Assembly (NCBI GenBank): GCA_964016885.1
Contig: OZ024741.1
Span: forward strand, 367,474,001-367,538,000
Length of the DNA stretch: 64,000 nt
From: Eledone cirrhosa
Lineage: Eukaryota
Direction of reading: 5' to 3'
Shown here: one piece after another, positions 12,201 to 26,529 of the stretch
Numbering within the stretch: the stretch's first letter is position 1
How the letters are laid out: the number at the start of each line of letters is the position of its first letter
Position numbers and translations under genes: made by a program
Notes under the pieces: model-generated
Seen by the model: only the letters and a program-made list of their open reading frames with translations
Told to the model about the DNA's origin: nothing
Database searches by the model: none

Positions 12201-15200
12201 TCTCTCCAGCTGTCACTCCCCACACAAACCTTCTCTCCAACTATCACTCCCTACACAAACCTTCACTCCAGCTATCACTCCCCACACAAACCTTCTCTCC
12301 AGCTATCACTCCCCACACAAACCTTCACTCCAGCTATCACTCCCCACACAAACCTTCTCTCCAGCTATCACTCCCCACACAAACCTTCTCTCCAGCTACC
12401 ACTCCTCACACAAACCTTCTCTCCAGCTATCACTCCCCACACAAACCTTCTCTCCAGCTATCACTCCCCACACAAACCTTCTCTCCAACTATCACTCCCC
12501 ACACAAATCTTCTCTCCAGCTATCACTCCCCACACAAACCTTCACTCCAGCTATCACTCCCCACACAAACCTTCTCTCCAGCTATCACTCCCCACACAAA
12601 CCTTCTCTCCAGCTACCACTCCTCACACAAACCTTCTCTCCAGCTATCACTCCCCACACAAACCTTCTCTCCAGCTATCACTCCCCACACAAACCTTCTC
12701 TCCAGCTATCACTCCCCACACAAACCTTCTCTCCAACTATCACTCCCCACACAAACCTTCTCTCCAGCTACCACTCCTCACACAAACCTTCTCTCCAGCT
12801 ATCACTCCCCACACAAACCTTCTCTCCAGCTATCACTGCCCACACAAACCTTCTCTCCAACTATCACTCCCCACACAAACCTTCTCTCCAGCTATCACTC
12901 CCCACACAAACCTTCTCTCCAGCTACCACTCCTCACACAAACCTTCTCTCCAGCTATCACTCCCCACACAAACCTTCTCTCCAGCTGTCACTCCCCACAC
13001 AAACCTTCTCTCCAGCTATCACTCCCCACACAAACCTTCTCTCCAACTATCACTCCTCACACAAACCTTCTCTTCAACTATCACTCCCCACACAAACCTT
13101 CTCTCCAGCTATCACTCCCCACACAAACCTTCTCTCCAGCTATCACTCCCCACACAAACCTTCTCTCCAGCTATCACTCCTCACACAAACCTTCACTCCA
13201 GCTATCACTCCCCACACAAACCTTCTCTCCATCTATCACTCCCCACACAAACCTTCTCTCCAGCTATCACTCCCCACACAAACCTTCTCTCCAGCTATCA
13301 CTCCCCACACAAACCTTCTCTCCAGCTATGACTCCCCACAAAAACCTTCTCTCCAGCTATCACTCCCCACACAAACCTTCTCTCTAGCTATCACTCCCCA
13401 CACAAACCTTCTCTCCAGCTATCACTCCCCACACAAACCTTCTCTCTAGCTATCACTCCCCACACAAACCTTCTCTCAAGCTATCACTCCCCACACAAAC
13501 CTTCATACCCCACACAAACTTCCACTCCAGCTACCACACCCCACACAAACCTCTACTCCTGCTACCACACTCCACTCCAGATATCACTCCCCACACAAAC
13601 CTTCTCTCCAGCTATCACTTCATATACAAACCTCCACTCCAGTTATCACTCCACATACAAACCTTCACTCCTCACAGAAACCTTCTCTCCAACTATCACT
13701 CCCCACACAAACCTTCTCTCCAGCTATCACTCCCCACACAAACCTTCTCTCCAGCTATCACTGCCCACACAAACCTTCTCTCCAACTATCACTCCCCACA
13801 CAAACCTTCTCTCCAGCTATCACTCCCCACACAAACCTTCTCTCCAGCTACCACTCCTCACACAAACCTTCTCTCCAGCTATCACTCCCCACACAAACCT
13901 TCTCTCCAGCTGTCACTCCCCACACAAACCTTCTCTCCAGCTATCACTCCCCACACAAACCTTCTCTCCAACTATCACTCCTCACACAAACCTTCTCTCC
14001 AACTATCACTCCCCACACAAACCTTCTCTCCAGCTATCACTCACCACACAAACCTTCTCTCCAGCTATCACTCCCCACACAAACCTTCTCTCCAGCTATC
14101 ACTCCTCACACAAACCTTCACTCCAGCTATCACTCCCCACACAAACCTTCTCTCCATCTATCACTCCCCACACAAACCTTCTCTCCAGCTATCACTCCCC
14201 ACACAAACCTTCTCTCCAGCTATCACTCCCCACACAAACCTTCTCTCCAGCTATGACTCCCCACAAAAACCTTCTCTCCAGCTATCACTCCCCACACAAA
14301 CCTTCTCTCCAGCTATCACTCCCCACACAAACCTTCTCTCCAGCTATCACTCCCCACACAAACCTTCTCTCCAGCTATGACTCCCCACAAAAACCTTCTC
14401 TCCAGCTATCACTCCCCACACAAACCTTCTCTCCAGCTATCACTCCCCACACAAACCTTCTCTCCAGCTATCACTCCCCACACAAACCTTCTCTCCAGCT
14501 ACCACTCCTCACACAAACCTTCTCTCCAGCTATCACTCCCCACACAAACCTTCTCTCCAGCTGTCACTCCCCACACAAACCTTCTCTCCAGCTATCACTC
14601 CACTTGTACTTTCACTCAAGCTTCACTCCACTCACACAAACCTTCACTCAAGCTATCACTCTACTCACACAGACCTTCACTTCGCATACCACTCCCTACA
14701 CAAACTTTCATTCCAGCTATCACTCCCCATACAAACCTTCACTCCAGCTATCACTTCCTACAAAAACCTTCACTCAAGCTATCACTCCACACACAAACCT
14801 TCTCTCCAGCTATCACTCCCCACACAAACCTTCACTCCAGCTGTCACTCCCCACACAAACCTTCACTCAAGCTATCACTCCCCACACAAACCTTCATACC
14901 CCACACAAACTTCCACTCCAGCTACCACACCCCACACAAACCTCTACTCCTGCTACCACACTCCACTCCAGATATCACTCCCCACACAAACCTTCTCTCC
15001 AGCTATCACTTCATATACAAACCTCCACTCCAGTTATCACTCCACATACAAACCTTCACTCCTCACAGAAACCTTCTCTCCAACTATCACTCCCCACACA
15101 AACCTTCTCTCCAGCTATCACTCCCCACACAAACCTTCTCTCCAGCTATCACTCCCCACACAAACCTTCTCTCCAGCTATCACTCCCCACACAAACCTTC

Positions 15201-18200
15201 TCTCCAGCTATCACTCCCCACACAAACCTTCTCTCCAGCTATCACTCCTCACACAAACCTTCTCTCCAACTATCACTCCCCACACAAACCTTCTCTCCAG
15301 CTATCACTCCTCACACAAACCTTCTCTCCAACTATCACTCCTCACACAAACCTTCTCTCCAACTATCACTCCCCACACAAACCTCCCCTCCAGCTATCAC
15401 TCCTCACACAAACCTTCTCTCCAACTATCACTCCCCGCACAAACCTTCTCTCCAGCTATCACTCCTCACACAAACCTTCTCTCCAACTATCACTCCTCAC
15501 ACAAACCTTCTCTCCAACTTTCACTCCCCACACAAACCTTCACTCCAGCTATCACTCCCCACACAAACCTTCTCACCAGCTATCACTCCCCACACAAACC
15601 TTCTCTCCAACTATCACTCCCCACACAAACCTTCTCTCCAGCTATCACTCCCCACACAAACCTTCTCTCCAACTATCACTCCCCACACAAACCTTCTCTC
15701 CAGCTATCACTCCCCACACAAACCTTCTCTCCAACTATCACTCCCCACACAAACCTTCTCACCAGCTATCACTCCCCACACAAACCTTCTCTCCAACTAT
15801 CACTCCCCACACAAACCTTCTCTCCAGCTATCACTCCCCACACAAACCTCTCCAACTAGCACTCCCCACACAAACCTTCTCTCAAGCTATCACTCCCCAC
15901 ACAAACCTTCACTCCAGCTATCACTCCCCACACAAACCTTCTCACCAGCTATCACTCCCCACACAAACCTTCTCTCCAACTATCACTCCCCACACAAACC
16001 TTCTCTCCAGCTATCACTCCCCACACAAACCTTCTCTCAAGCTATCACTCCCCACACAAACCTTCACTCCAGCTATCACTCCCCACACAAATCTTCTCTC
16101 CAACTATCACTCCCCACACAAACCTTCTCTCCAGCTATCACTCCCCACACAAACCTTCTCTCCAGCTATCACTCCCCACACAAACCTTCTCTCCAGCTAT
16201 CACTCCCCACACAAACCTTATCTCCAGCTATCACTCCCCACACAAACCTTCTCTCCAACTATCACTCCCTACACAAACCTTCACTCCAGCTATCACTCCC
16301 CACACAAACCTTCACTCCAGCTATCACTCCCCACACACACCTTCACTCCAGCTATCACTCCCCACACAAACCTTCACTCCAGCTATCACTCCCCACACAA
16401 ACCTTCTCTCCAGCTATCACTCCCCACACAAACCTTATCTCCAGTTATCACTCCCCACACAAACCTTCTCTCCAACTATCACTCCCTACACAAACCTTCA
16501 CTCCAGCTATCACTCCCCACACAAACCTTCTCTCCAGCTATCACTCCCCACACAAACCTTCACTCCAGCTATCACTCCCCACACAAACCTTCTCTCCAAC
16601 TATCACTCCCTACACAAACCTTCACTCCAGCTATCACTCCCCACACAAACCTTCTCTCCAGCTATCACTCCCCACACAAACCTTCTCTCCAACTATCACT
16701 CCTCACACAAACCTTCTCTCCAACTATCACTCCACACACAAACCTTCTCTCCAGCTATCACTCCCCACACAAACCTTCTCTCCAGCTATCACTCCTCACA
16801 CAAACCTTCACTCCAGCTATCACTCCCCACACAAACCTTCTCTCCATCTATCACTCCCCACACAAACCTTCTCTCCAGCTATCACTCCCCACACAAACCT
16901 TCACTCCAGCTATCACTCCCCACACAAACCTTCTCTCCAACTATCACTCCCCACACAAACCTTCTCTCCAACTATCACTCCCCACAGAAACCTTCACTCC
17001 AGCTATCACTCCCCACACAAACCTTCTCTCCAACTATCACTCCCCACAGAAACCTTCATTCCAGCTATCACTCCCCACACAAACCTTCTCTCCATCTATC
17101 ACTCCCCACACAAACCTTCTCTCCAGCTATCACTCCCCACACAAACCTTCTCTCCAACTATCACTCCCCACAGAAACCTTCACTCCAGCTATCACTCCCC
17201 ACACAAACCTTCTCTCCAACTATCACTCCCCACAGAAACCTTCACTCCAGCTATCACTCCCCACACAAACCTTCTCTCCATCTATCACTCCCCACACAAA
17301 CCTTCTCTCCATCTATCACTCCCCACACAAACCTTCTCTCCAACTATCACTCCCCACAGAAACCTTCTCTCAAGCAATCACTCCCCACACAAACCTTCAC
17401 TCCAGCTATCACTCCTCACACAAACCTTCACTCCAGCTATCACTCCCCACACAAACCTTCACTCCAGCTATCACTCCCCACACAAACCTTCTCTCCAGCT
17501 ATCACTCCCCACACAAACCTTATCTCCAGCTATCACTCCCCACACAAACCTTCTCTCCAACTATCACTCCCTACACAAACCTTCACTCCAGCTATCACTC
17601 CCCACACAAACCTTCACTCCAGCTATCACTCCCCACACACACCTTCACTCCAGCTATCACTCCCCACACAAACCTTCACTGCAGCTATCACTCCCCACAC
17701 AAACCTTCTCTCCAGCTATCACTCCCCACACAAACCTTATCTCCAGCTATCACTCCCCACACAAACCTTCTCTCCAACTATCACTCCCTACACAAACCTT
17801 CACTCCAGCTATCACTCCCCACACAAACCTTCTCTCCAGCTATCACTCCCCACACAAACCTTCACTCCAGCTATCACTCCCCACACAAACCTTCTCTCCA
17901 GCTATCACTCCCCACACAAACCTTCTCTCCAGCTACCACTCCTCACACAAACCTTCTCTCCAGCTATCACTCCCCACACAAACCTTCTCTCCAGCTATCA
18001 CTCCCCACACAAACCTTCTCTCCAACTATCACTCCCCACACAAATCTTCTCTCCAGCTATCACTCCCCACACAAACCTTCTCTCCAGCTACCACTCCTCA
18101 CACAACCTTCTCTCCAGCTATCACTCCCCACACAAACCTTCTCTCCAGCTGTCACTCCCCACACAAACCTTCTCTCCAACTATCACTCCCTACACAAACC

Positions 18201-21070
18201 TTCACTCCAGCTATCACTCCCCACACAAACCTTCTCTCCAGCTATCACTCCCCACACAAACCTTCACTCCAGCTATCACTCCCCACACAAACCTTCTCTC
18301 CAGCTATCACTCCCCACACAAACCTTCTCTCCAGCTACCACTCCTCACACAAACCTTCTCTCCAGCTATCACTCCCCACACAAACCTTCTCTCCAGCTAT
18401 CACTCCCCACACAAACCTTCTCTCCAACTATCACTCCCCACACAAATCTTCTCTCCAGCTATCACTCCCCACACAAACCTTCACTCCAGCTATCACTCCC
18501 CACACAAACCTTCTCTCCAGCTATCACTCCCCACACAAACCTTCTCTCCAGCTACCACTCCTCACACAAACCTTCTCTCCAGCTATCACTCCCCACACAA
18601 ACCTTCTCTCCAGCTATCACTCCCCACACAAACCTTCTCTCCAGCTATCACTCCCCACACAAACCTTCTCTCCAACTATCACTCCCCACACAAACCTTCT
18701 CTCCAGCTACCACTCCTCACACAAACCTTCTCTCCAGCTATCACTCCCCACACAAACCTTCTCTCCAGCTATCACTGCCCACACAAACCTTCTCTCCAAC
18801 TATCACTCCCCACACAAACCTTCTCTCCAGCTATCACTCCCCACACAAACCTTCTCTCCAGCTACCACTCCTCACACAAACCTTCTCTCCAGCTATCACT
18901 CCCCACACAAACCTTCTCTCCAGCTGTCACTCCCCACACAAACCTTCTCTCCAGCTATCACTCCCCACACAAACCTTCTCTCCAACTATCACTCCTCACA
19001 CAAACCTTCTCTCCAACTATCACTCCCCACACAAACCTTCTCTCCAGCTATCACTCCCCACACAAACCTTCTCTCCAGCTATCACTCCCCACACAAACCT
19101 TCTCTCCAGCTATCACTCCTCACACAAACCTTCACTCCAGCTATCACTCCCCACACAAACCTTCTCTCCATCTATCACTCCCCACACAAACCTTCTCTCC
19201 AGCTATCACTCCCCACACAAACCTTCTCTCCAGCTATCACTCCCCACACAAACCTTCTCTCCAGCTATGACTCCCCACAAAAACCTTCTCTCCAGCTATC
19301 ACTCCCCACACAAACCTTCTCTCCAGCTATCACTCCCCACACAAACCTTCTCTCCAGCTATCACTCCCCACACAAACCTTCTCTCCAGCTATCACTCCCC
19401 ACAAAAACCTTCTCTCCAGCTATCACTCCCCACACAAACCTTCTCTCCAGCTATCACTCCCCACACAAACCTTCTCTCCAGCTATCACTCCCCACACAAA
19501 CCTTCTCTCCAACTATCACTCCCCACACAAACCTACTCTCCAACTATCACTCCCCACACAAACCTTCTCTCCAGCTATCACTCCTCACACAAACCTTCTC
19601 GCCAACTATCACTCCTCGCACAAACCTTCTCTCCAACTATCACTCCCCACACAAACCTTCTCTCCAGCTATCACTCCTCACACCAACCTTCTCTCCAACT
19701 ATCACTCCCCGCACAAACCTTCTCTCCAGCTATCACTCCTCACACAAACCTTCTCTCCAGCTATCACTCCCCACACAAACCTACTCTCCAGCTATCACTC
19801 CCCACACAAACCTTCTCTCCAGCTATCACTCCCCACACAACCTTCTCTCCAGCTATCACTCCCCACACAAACCTTCTCTCCAACTATCACTCCTCACACA
19901 AACCTTCTCTCCAACTTTCACTCCCACACAAACCTTCTCTCCAGCTATCACTCCCCACACAAACCTTCTCTCCAGCTATCACTCCCCACACAAACCTTCT
20001 CTCCAGCTATCACTCCTCGCACAAACCTTCTCTCCAACTATCACTCCCCACACAACCTTCTCTCCAGCTATCACTCCCCACACAAACCTTCTCTCCAACT
20101 ATCACTCCCCACACAAACCTTCTCTCCAACTATCACTCCCCACACAAACCTTCTCTCCAGCTATCACTCCTCACACAAACCTTCTCTCCAGCTATCACTC
20201 CCCACACAACCTTCTCTCCAGCTATCACTCCCCACACAAACCTTCTCTCCAACTATCACTCCTCACACAAACCTTCTCTCCAACTTTCACTCCTCACACA
20301 AACCTTCTCTCCAACTATCACTCCTCACACAAACCTTCTCTCCAACTTTCACTCCTCACACAAACCTTCTCTCCAGCTATCACTCCCCACACAAACCTTC
20401 TCTCCAGCTATCACTCCCCACACAAACCTTCTCTCCAACTATCACTCCCCACACAAACCTTCTCTCCAACTATCACTCCCCACACAAACCTTCTCTCCAA
20501 CTATCACTCCCCACACAAACCTTCTCTCCAACTATCACTCCCCACACAAACCTACTCTCCAACTATCACTCCCCACACAAACCTTCTCTCCAGCTATCAC
20601 TCCCCACACAAACCTTCTCTCCAACTATCACTCCCCACACAAACCTTCTCTCCAGCTATCACTCCTCACACAAACCTTCTCTCCAGCTACCTCTCCCCAC
20701 CAAAGCTTCTCTCCAACTATCACTCCCCACACAAACCTTCTCTCCAACTATCACTCCTCACACAAACCTTCTCTCCAACTATCACTCCCCACACAAACCT
20801 TCATTCCAGCTATCACTCCCCACACAAACCTTCTCTCCAGCTATCACTCCCCACACAAACCTTCTCTCCAGCTATCACTCACCACATAAACCTTCTCTCC
20901 AGCTATTACTCCCCACACAAACCTTCACTCCACATACACACCTCCACTCCACATACAAACCTTCTCTCCAGCTATCACCCACATACACACAAACCTCCAC
21001 TCCAGCTGTTACTCCTCACACAAACCTTCACTCCACATACAAACTTCCACTCCCCATACAAACTTCCATA
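3220..21070. repeat. ~18 kb tandem array of a 31-bp minisatellite (~575 units)
   Basis: Consensus CTATCACTCCCCACACAAACCTTCTCTCCAG. The core is homogeneous and both edges are degenerate. Copy number is length divided by 31. Confidence 0.98.
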
Positions 21071-21348
21071 CAGGAATATACCAGTCTTTTCACATACAGC
21101 TGTAATAATCTGACAGATTTCTTTATTACTTTCTTGATCTGTTTTAAAATAGAAAGAGCTGAGCTCGTAACTATTTTTGCTTTGTTGTATTTTAAGAGAT
21201 TCCGTGACTGGTAGAAATAGGAGAGGGAGAATAAACTACGATACAGTTGGTTCTTTGATTGGAGATCAACACCGGATTTACATACGTGCTATGTGGGCTG
21301 CATGTCAGGGCCTCATAATACAGACGAACCTGCCTAGTTTTAAATATA

Positions 21349-21448
21349 CAGGGTATCCCAAAAAATGTATACATACTTTAACAGCATTCTAATAAATATT
21401 GCCTGTACAGGTAATCAAAGTGCGTATACGTTTTTGGGGAACACCCTG
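21349..21448. mobile_element. Tc1/mariner-type MITE
   Basis: TIRs cagggtatcccaaaaa / tttttgggaacaccctg flanked by TA. Related decayed copies lie near 45279-45355 and 57080-57170. Confidence 0.75.
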
Positions 21449-22413
21449 TACATTGGTGCATTTGGCCATTTTTATTTATTTATAATTATTTTTTTTTGTG
21501 CATGGCTAGAAACACCACATCCAGTTTGTTTTGATGGAATCAGTAAAGGTAATGGCTTGTTTTGGTGGTCGGTGGGGGTGCCTGCAAAGCCAGATTGTGG
21601 AATTAGTCTGTAATATAATTACTGGAGCCAGTATGGACAAGGTCATTATTTTGAGGTGAGTAGGCTTTGCTTCTTCAATGCATATAAAGCCAACGGTGGA
21701 ATTGGTTTATAATAATTTCTCCTATGCAGTGATAAATTCTATGTTATATGAACACACTACCATATGGTTTGGGGTTTTTTTTAGCCCAAGGTCCCTAGTT
21801 GCTTTAATCCAGCACTATCGAAGACCTGATGATAATGTATCAAACCTGCCAACCTCTAAAACCCCCAAACGGGGATTACCTTGAAAGAAAGTGCCCCAAA
21901 ATAGGTAGAAATGAGGCAAAATGCGTGAGAGATCTCTCCGTCGGACGGGGAAAGTTGACATGTCTGATACATGCAACATAGTAGACAACTACATGAACGA
22001 GCGGGCTCTGTTGCCACCATCTGACCATAAGTCGAAATGGACGTAACTTGAAGAACTATACCTATAGTCTTGAGGGTAGGGGGAGTATTTTATATGAATA
22101 ACTCAAGTAATTTGCTGAGCATTCTACAGGCACGTGTAGCCTTACCGTAATCTTCATGGCGGTTCACTGGCCCCTTTTAATTACAAATACAATGAACTTG
22201 ACCGGCTTCCAAACAGTTTCCGTCAACCCAATTTCATTCACATGGCATAAGTCAGTTGAGATTATGGGCAAATAACAATTGCCCAAGATGTTACCCAATG
22301 GGATTAAACCAGGATCTAATGATTGCCTAACGAAATTCTTTTGAACCATTCGGCCATGCTGCGTCAACATTAAATTTGATTTTAATCTATTTTAATGTAT
22401 TATTATTCATATG

Positions 22414-22596
22414 GATTGGCAGTATCGGTAGAGAGTCGGACGCCATGCTTTCCAGCATAGTTACGTTCCTTTACGGTCTGAGTTCAAATCCCGTCGAGGT
22501 TAACTTTGCCTTTCATCCTTACGGAGTCGATAAAATAAAGTACCAGTAATGTACTGGGTAATTGCTGGCCTTGTGCCAAAAGTAGAAACAATTATT
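22414..22596 (+). mobile_element. tRNA-derived SINE family A (Nin/Deu-like core), representative copy
   Basis: Has an A-box-like tggcagtatcgg, a B box gagttcaaatcc, the core gcctttcatccttacggrgtcgataaaataaagtaccag and the tail ggccttgtgcc..agaaacaattatt. More than 20 full or partial copies occur across 22.4-64 kb. Confidence 0.85.
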
Positions 22597-23106
22597 CATA
22601 TTTATCTATGCATGCTTTTTACCTCTTCCTGAATATGTGTTTGGGCGTATGAATATTTGAATGTGACTGATAAAGCAGAACGCTCGCCAAGAGAAAATGT
22701 AAGTTCATTGTGCAGAAATATGTTGTAACAGCGACTTTTCAGAAATCACGTAGGTCGTATATTGCTTTCCTTAGTTTTACCCAAAGTATGAAGGTGAGTC
22801 AAAAATTATCACCACTTTATTGAAGTGGTGTGAGTTGCTTGTTGTGTACTTCACGTAAACATCTGCTGACCTCAATGAGGACAACTCTCTGCTTGATAGT
22901 GATAACAATACTCCCTGGTGACGGCATGGCTGGACGGAATAATAAGGTCACGTTGAAGGAATGAATGAGACGACCAATAAAAGCCAGACTACTTAAATTG
23001 TCACAGTAACAGTGATTGATACTATTGCTATTTTCCTTTTGTTTTTGTTTGTTTTTCTATTAATAGTACCTTCTTTAACTGCGGTCACCTCCCGGATCCC
23101 CTTCCG

Positions 23107-23158
<52 letters not shown>

Positions 23159-23279
23159 TTAAGGATACTATTTATGGTTATGTATATACTAAAACCTTTT
23201 ATAGTTATATATATTTTAAACCCTAAACAGTGAAAGACAGTAATTTATTACTACCTTATTACCAGTAAGATAAATAGCT

Positions 23280-23364
<85 letters not shown>

Positions 23365-23863
23365 CAAGCTATTAGTAGAGAAAGGTGCCTCTCTTCTCCA
23401 AATGATCATGTATGTTATGTGAAAATTAATTTTTCTTCCCCTTTCTATTTTTATTATTATTATTATCATCACTATTTGTATAAATTGTACAAATATGCAA
23501 CTTAACAATATTCTGCATATCCGCAATTGACAATGCATATAATGCTGAAACCGGTAATATAAAATTAATGTTTTGATATTTCACTTAAAAAATCTCTTCA
23601 ACATTTTCTACTGAAATTTTTCTTTTCCTTTCTACTATTTGTTTTTATATATATCAACTCGTGTGTTACCTTCTACATTTTATATATATATATATATATA
23701 TATAAATGAAGTAATTCCGTCGGAAAGGTCCAGGAAAAAAGAGTGCTCTATGTAGGTATATATATATAAACGGAAAAAATGAAACGAAATTTCATTTCTC
23801 ACTCTTAGTACGGCTGTTACTTAAATATAAGTATGTATACTTACATACATATATGTATACAGA

Positions 23864-24280
23864 CGTTCTGTAGTATGTATATATATATATATACATACAT
23901 GCACATATATATATATGTACGTATGGATTCACCGAACATTTATTATAATGCTCGGTGTGTTTGTAAACAAACATCCCGAATTAAGCCGTAAAGTGTCTAG
24001 CAACCATCGTTGCTCATTTGTTCAACACTGACAAAGGAACGTTGTACTAGTTTCATGCCGTTAATATGCATAAGGAGAGTAAATACTTTCAGACGTTCAA
24101 TCATCTGGCAGGAAGGTATACGTTGCTGACGATAGCTAATAAGCTTGAAACTAGTACAGCGTTCCTTTGTCAGTGTTGAACAAATGAGTAACGATGGTTG
24201 CTAGACACTGTAAGGCTTAATTCGGGATCTTTGTTTACAAACACACCGAGCATTATAATAAATGTTCGGTGAATCCATAC

Positions 24281-24339
<59 letters not shown>

Positions 24340-24373
24340 TGTATGTATATATATATATACATACTACAGAACG
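23864..24373. repeat. Inverted repeat (arms 23864-24055 and 24146-24373), Penelope pLTR-like
   Basis: The arms are reverse complements, including the internal (TA)n. A hammerhead spans the spacer/right-arm junction. Confidence 0.85.
24120..24162 (+). ncRNA. Minimal type I hammerhead ribozyme motif
   Basis: acgttg CTGACGA t agct aata agct t GAAA ctag TA cagcgt. Confidence 0.75.
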
Positions 24374-24680
24374 AGTACGACCACTACTTTATATCCATGT
24401 AGGAGAACCCCTACCGATGCGCTGAACGAGTGTGACTTTTTAGTCCAGCCAGCGACTTGAAAACTCTGGTACAAACACTACACTTGTGACAATTATTGAC
24501 ACATAGTGCTGGGTCCATGGTACCATGTGACGACAAGTGCAGAGAGATCTCCAGATATAAAGCAATGCCTGTGCCGTGAAGCTTTTATAGTGAGCAAAGG
24601 CACTGTAAAAAGCCTGTCCCACTCTCTTAACCAAGATGAAATTTACCAAAAAGAAGAACAAGTCAACATCATTGGATACC
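24372..24680 (+). mobile_element. Probable Penelope GIY-YIG C-terminal remnant
   Basis: DIKQCLCREAFIVSKG...SLNQDE resembles the R..EA.I....LNxD ending. It abuts a hammerhead-bearing inverted repeat, and a second copy lies at 43989-44270. Confidence 0.45.
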
Positions 24681-25412
24681 ATACATATATGTGTGTGTAT
24701 GTGTGTGTGTTTGTGTGTAAATGCATGGATTCACATACAAATACAAAAGAATATGTGCGTCACACAGTTGCATAGAGACACATAAAGAGGCAGTGAGGCG
24801 TTTATAATTAGACAATGAAAAAATGGCGATGTTCTTAGCTCAAAAATGTGCTTTCTTCCAGAACCTTCTCGCTTATAGAAAATATAAAATATCAAAGAAT
24901 ACAATAAACTAACATAAGGAAATGTAAAATATAATGTTAAAATGTTGGTATTGTTAGGGAATACTGTATAGGATTTAACATAAATTGCGTCACCTTCGTC
25001 GGTGGATGCAGCAGAAAGGATAGAAAGTCCAACAAAATGCTTTGCAGGGACCGCAGACCTCGGGAGCTACAAGGACTATATATATATATTTTTTAAAAAA
25101 ATCGGAACCCGAAACTATTTGGTTTTGAAGCGAACACCTTTAACCACACAGCATGATTTGTAATGCAAGTATGCAAGTATTTTAACATCCTCCCTGCCTT
25201 CGGCTTTTGTGTGTCTGCATTCCACAGCTTTTTTTTTTACTATCTTTAGAACTATGAATCATGTCCAGCGACGTGAGGTTTTTGCAGTTTGTGGTCAGAC
25301 CTCAACCAGATTTCTGTGTGTATAGAAGGAAAGAAAAACAACGGTGACTCAATAACTATTGCTAGGTGATCATGTCTAATATGTATATCCTTTATACACA
25401 CACACACACACA

Positions 25413-25526
<114 letters not shown>

Positions 25527-26529
25527 CGTCAATTGCTCCCATCACCGTGTATATTAAAAATACACATTCTCTCGAGTACACTTCTTGCAATTAACTGTAA
25601 AGTTGATACGAGCCAGCACGAAGAGATGTCCATGTGCTATCTCGATCTGCTGCAAGAAATAGAATCTATATCTTCCCTAAAAATAAAAAAAATAAATATT
25701 GGCTTTTGTGCACGGCCCACCTCAACACCTCAAAAATTGTTATGTCATCCTTTGATACCTACATGCCCCCTTTGATATGAAAATACCCGCCCCTATCATT
25801 TGATATGAAAACAGCGATGATCAATTGCAAAATGTAAACAAATTGGCGTATATGTGGTGTCAGATGTACAATTACATGTGTGGAGGAGTTGAGACAGGAG
25901 TTTCCAACAGCAATGTGTACCAAAGATCAGGTAATAAATACCTGAAGTTTCTTCTCATTAACATCATTTTGAAATTGCCCCCTTAAATATTCAAATTGTC
26001 CCCCTGTGGAGCGTGCGCCCGTCGTTAGGAATCACTGCCCAAGATATATTTATACTATCTATAAAAAAGATACCCCATAGCTGGAAATCCTTTGATGATA
26101 GGTCAGATTGCTGTGTTAGGTTTCACCTGGGTCTTACACAACAAGGATATATACAGGCACGAATCACAGAGTCTGCTAGAGCTAGCAGTCAAACCTCACT
26201 CATATTACAGTTTGAGAAAAAAAGAGATATTGCATAATAGTGGTTCTAGAAATACAGTGGCTAGATAACGACAATAATAATAGTTATTACTACTACTACT
26301 ACTACTACTTACTACTACTACTACTACTACTTACTACTACTACTACTACTTACTACTACTACTACTACTACTACTACTATTACTATTGCTGCTGCTACTG
26401 TTGCTGCTGCTGATACGTATTTATACAGATGCACTCAAAACCACGCGCGATTATCATCAAAGTCGAATTAAACTTATACCGGCTTAATTATTTCTTTTGC
26501 TAACCACGTAACTAGTTTTACAGAGACAA

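Noticed and set aside
3220-21070. CRISPR array or telomeric repeat
   Set aside because: The units are directly adjacent with no unique spacers, the context is eukaryotic, and there is no TTAGGG-type unit.
3471-21113. Very long ORFs (580-2286 aa) as real genes
   Set aside because: They are translations of a 31-bp repeat that is open in overlapping frames and has scattered stops. There are no unique domains or exon signals.
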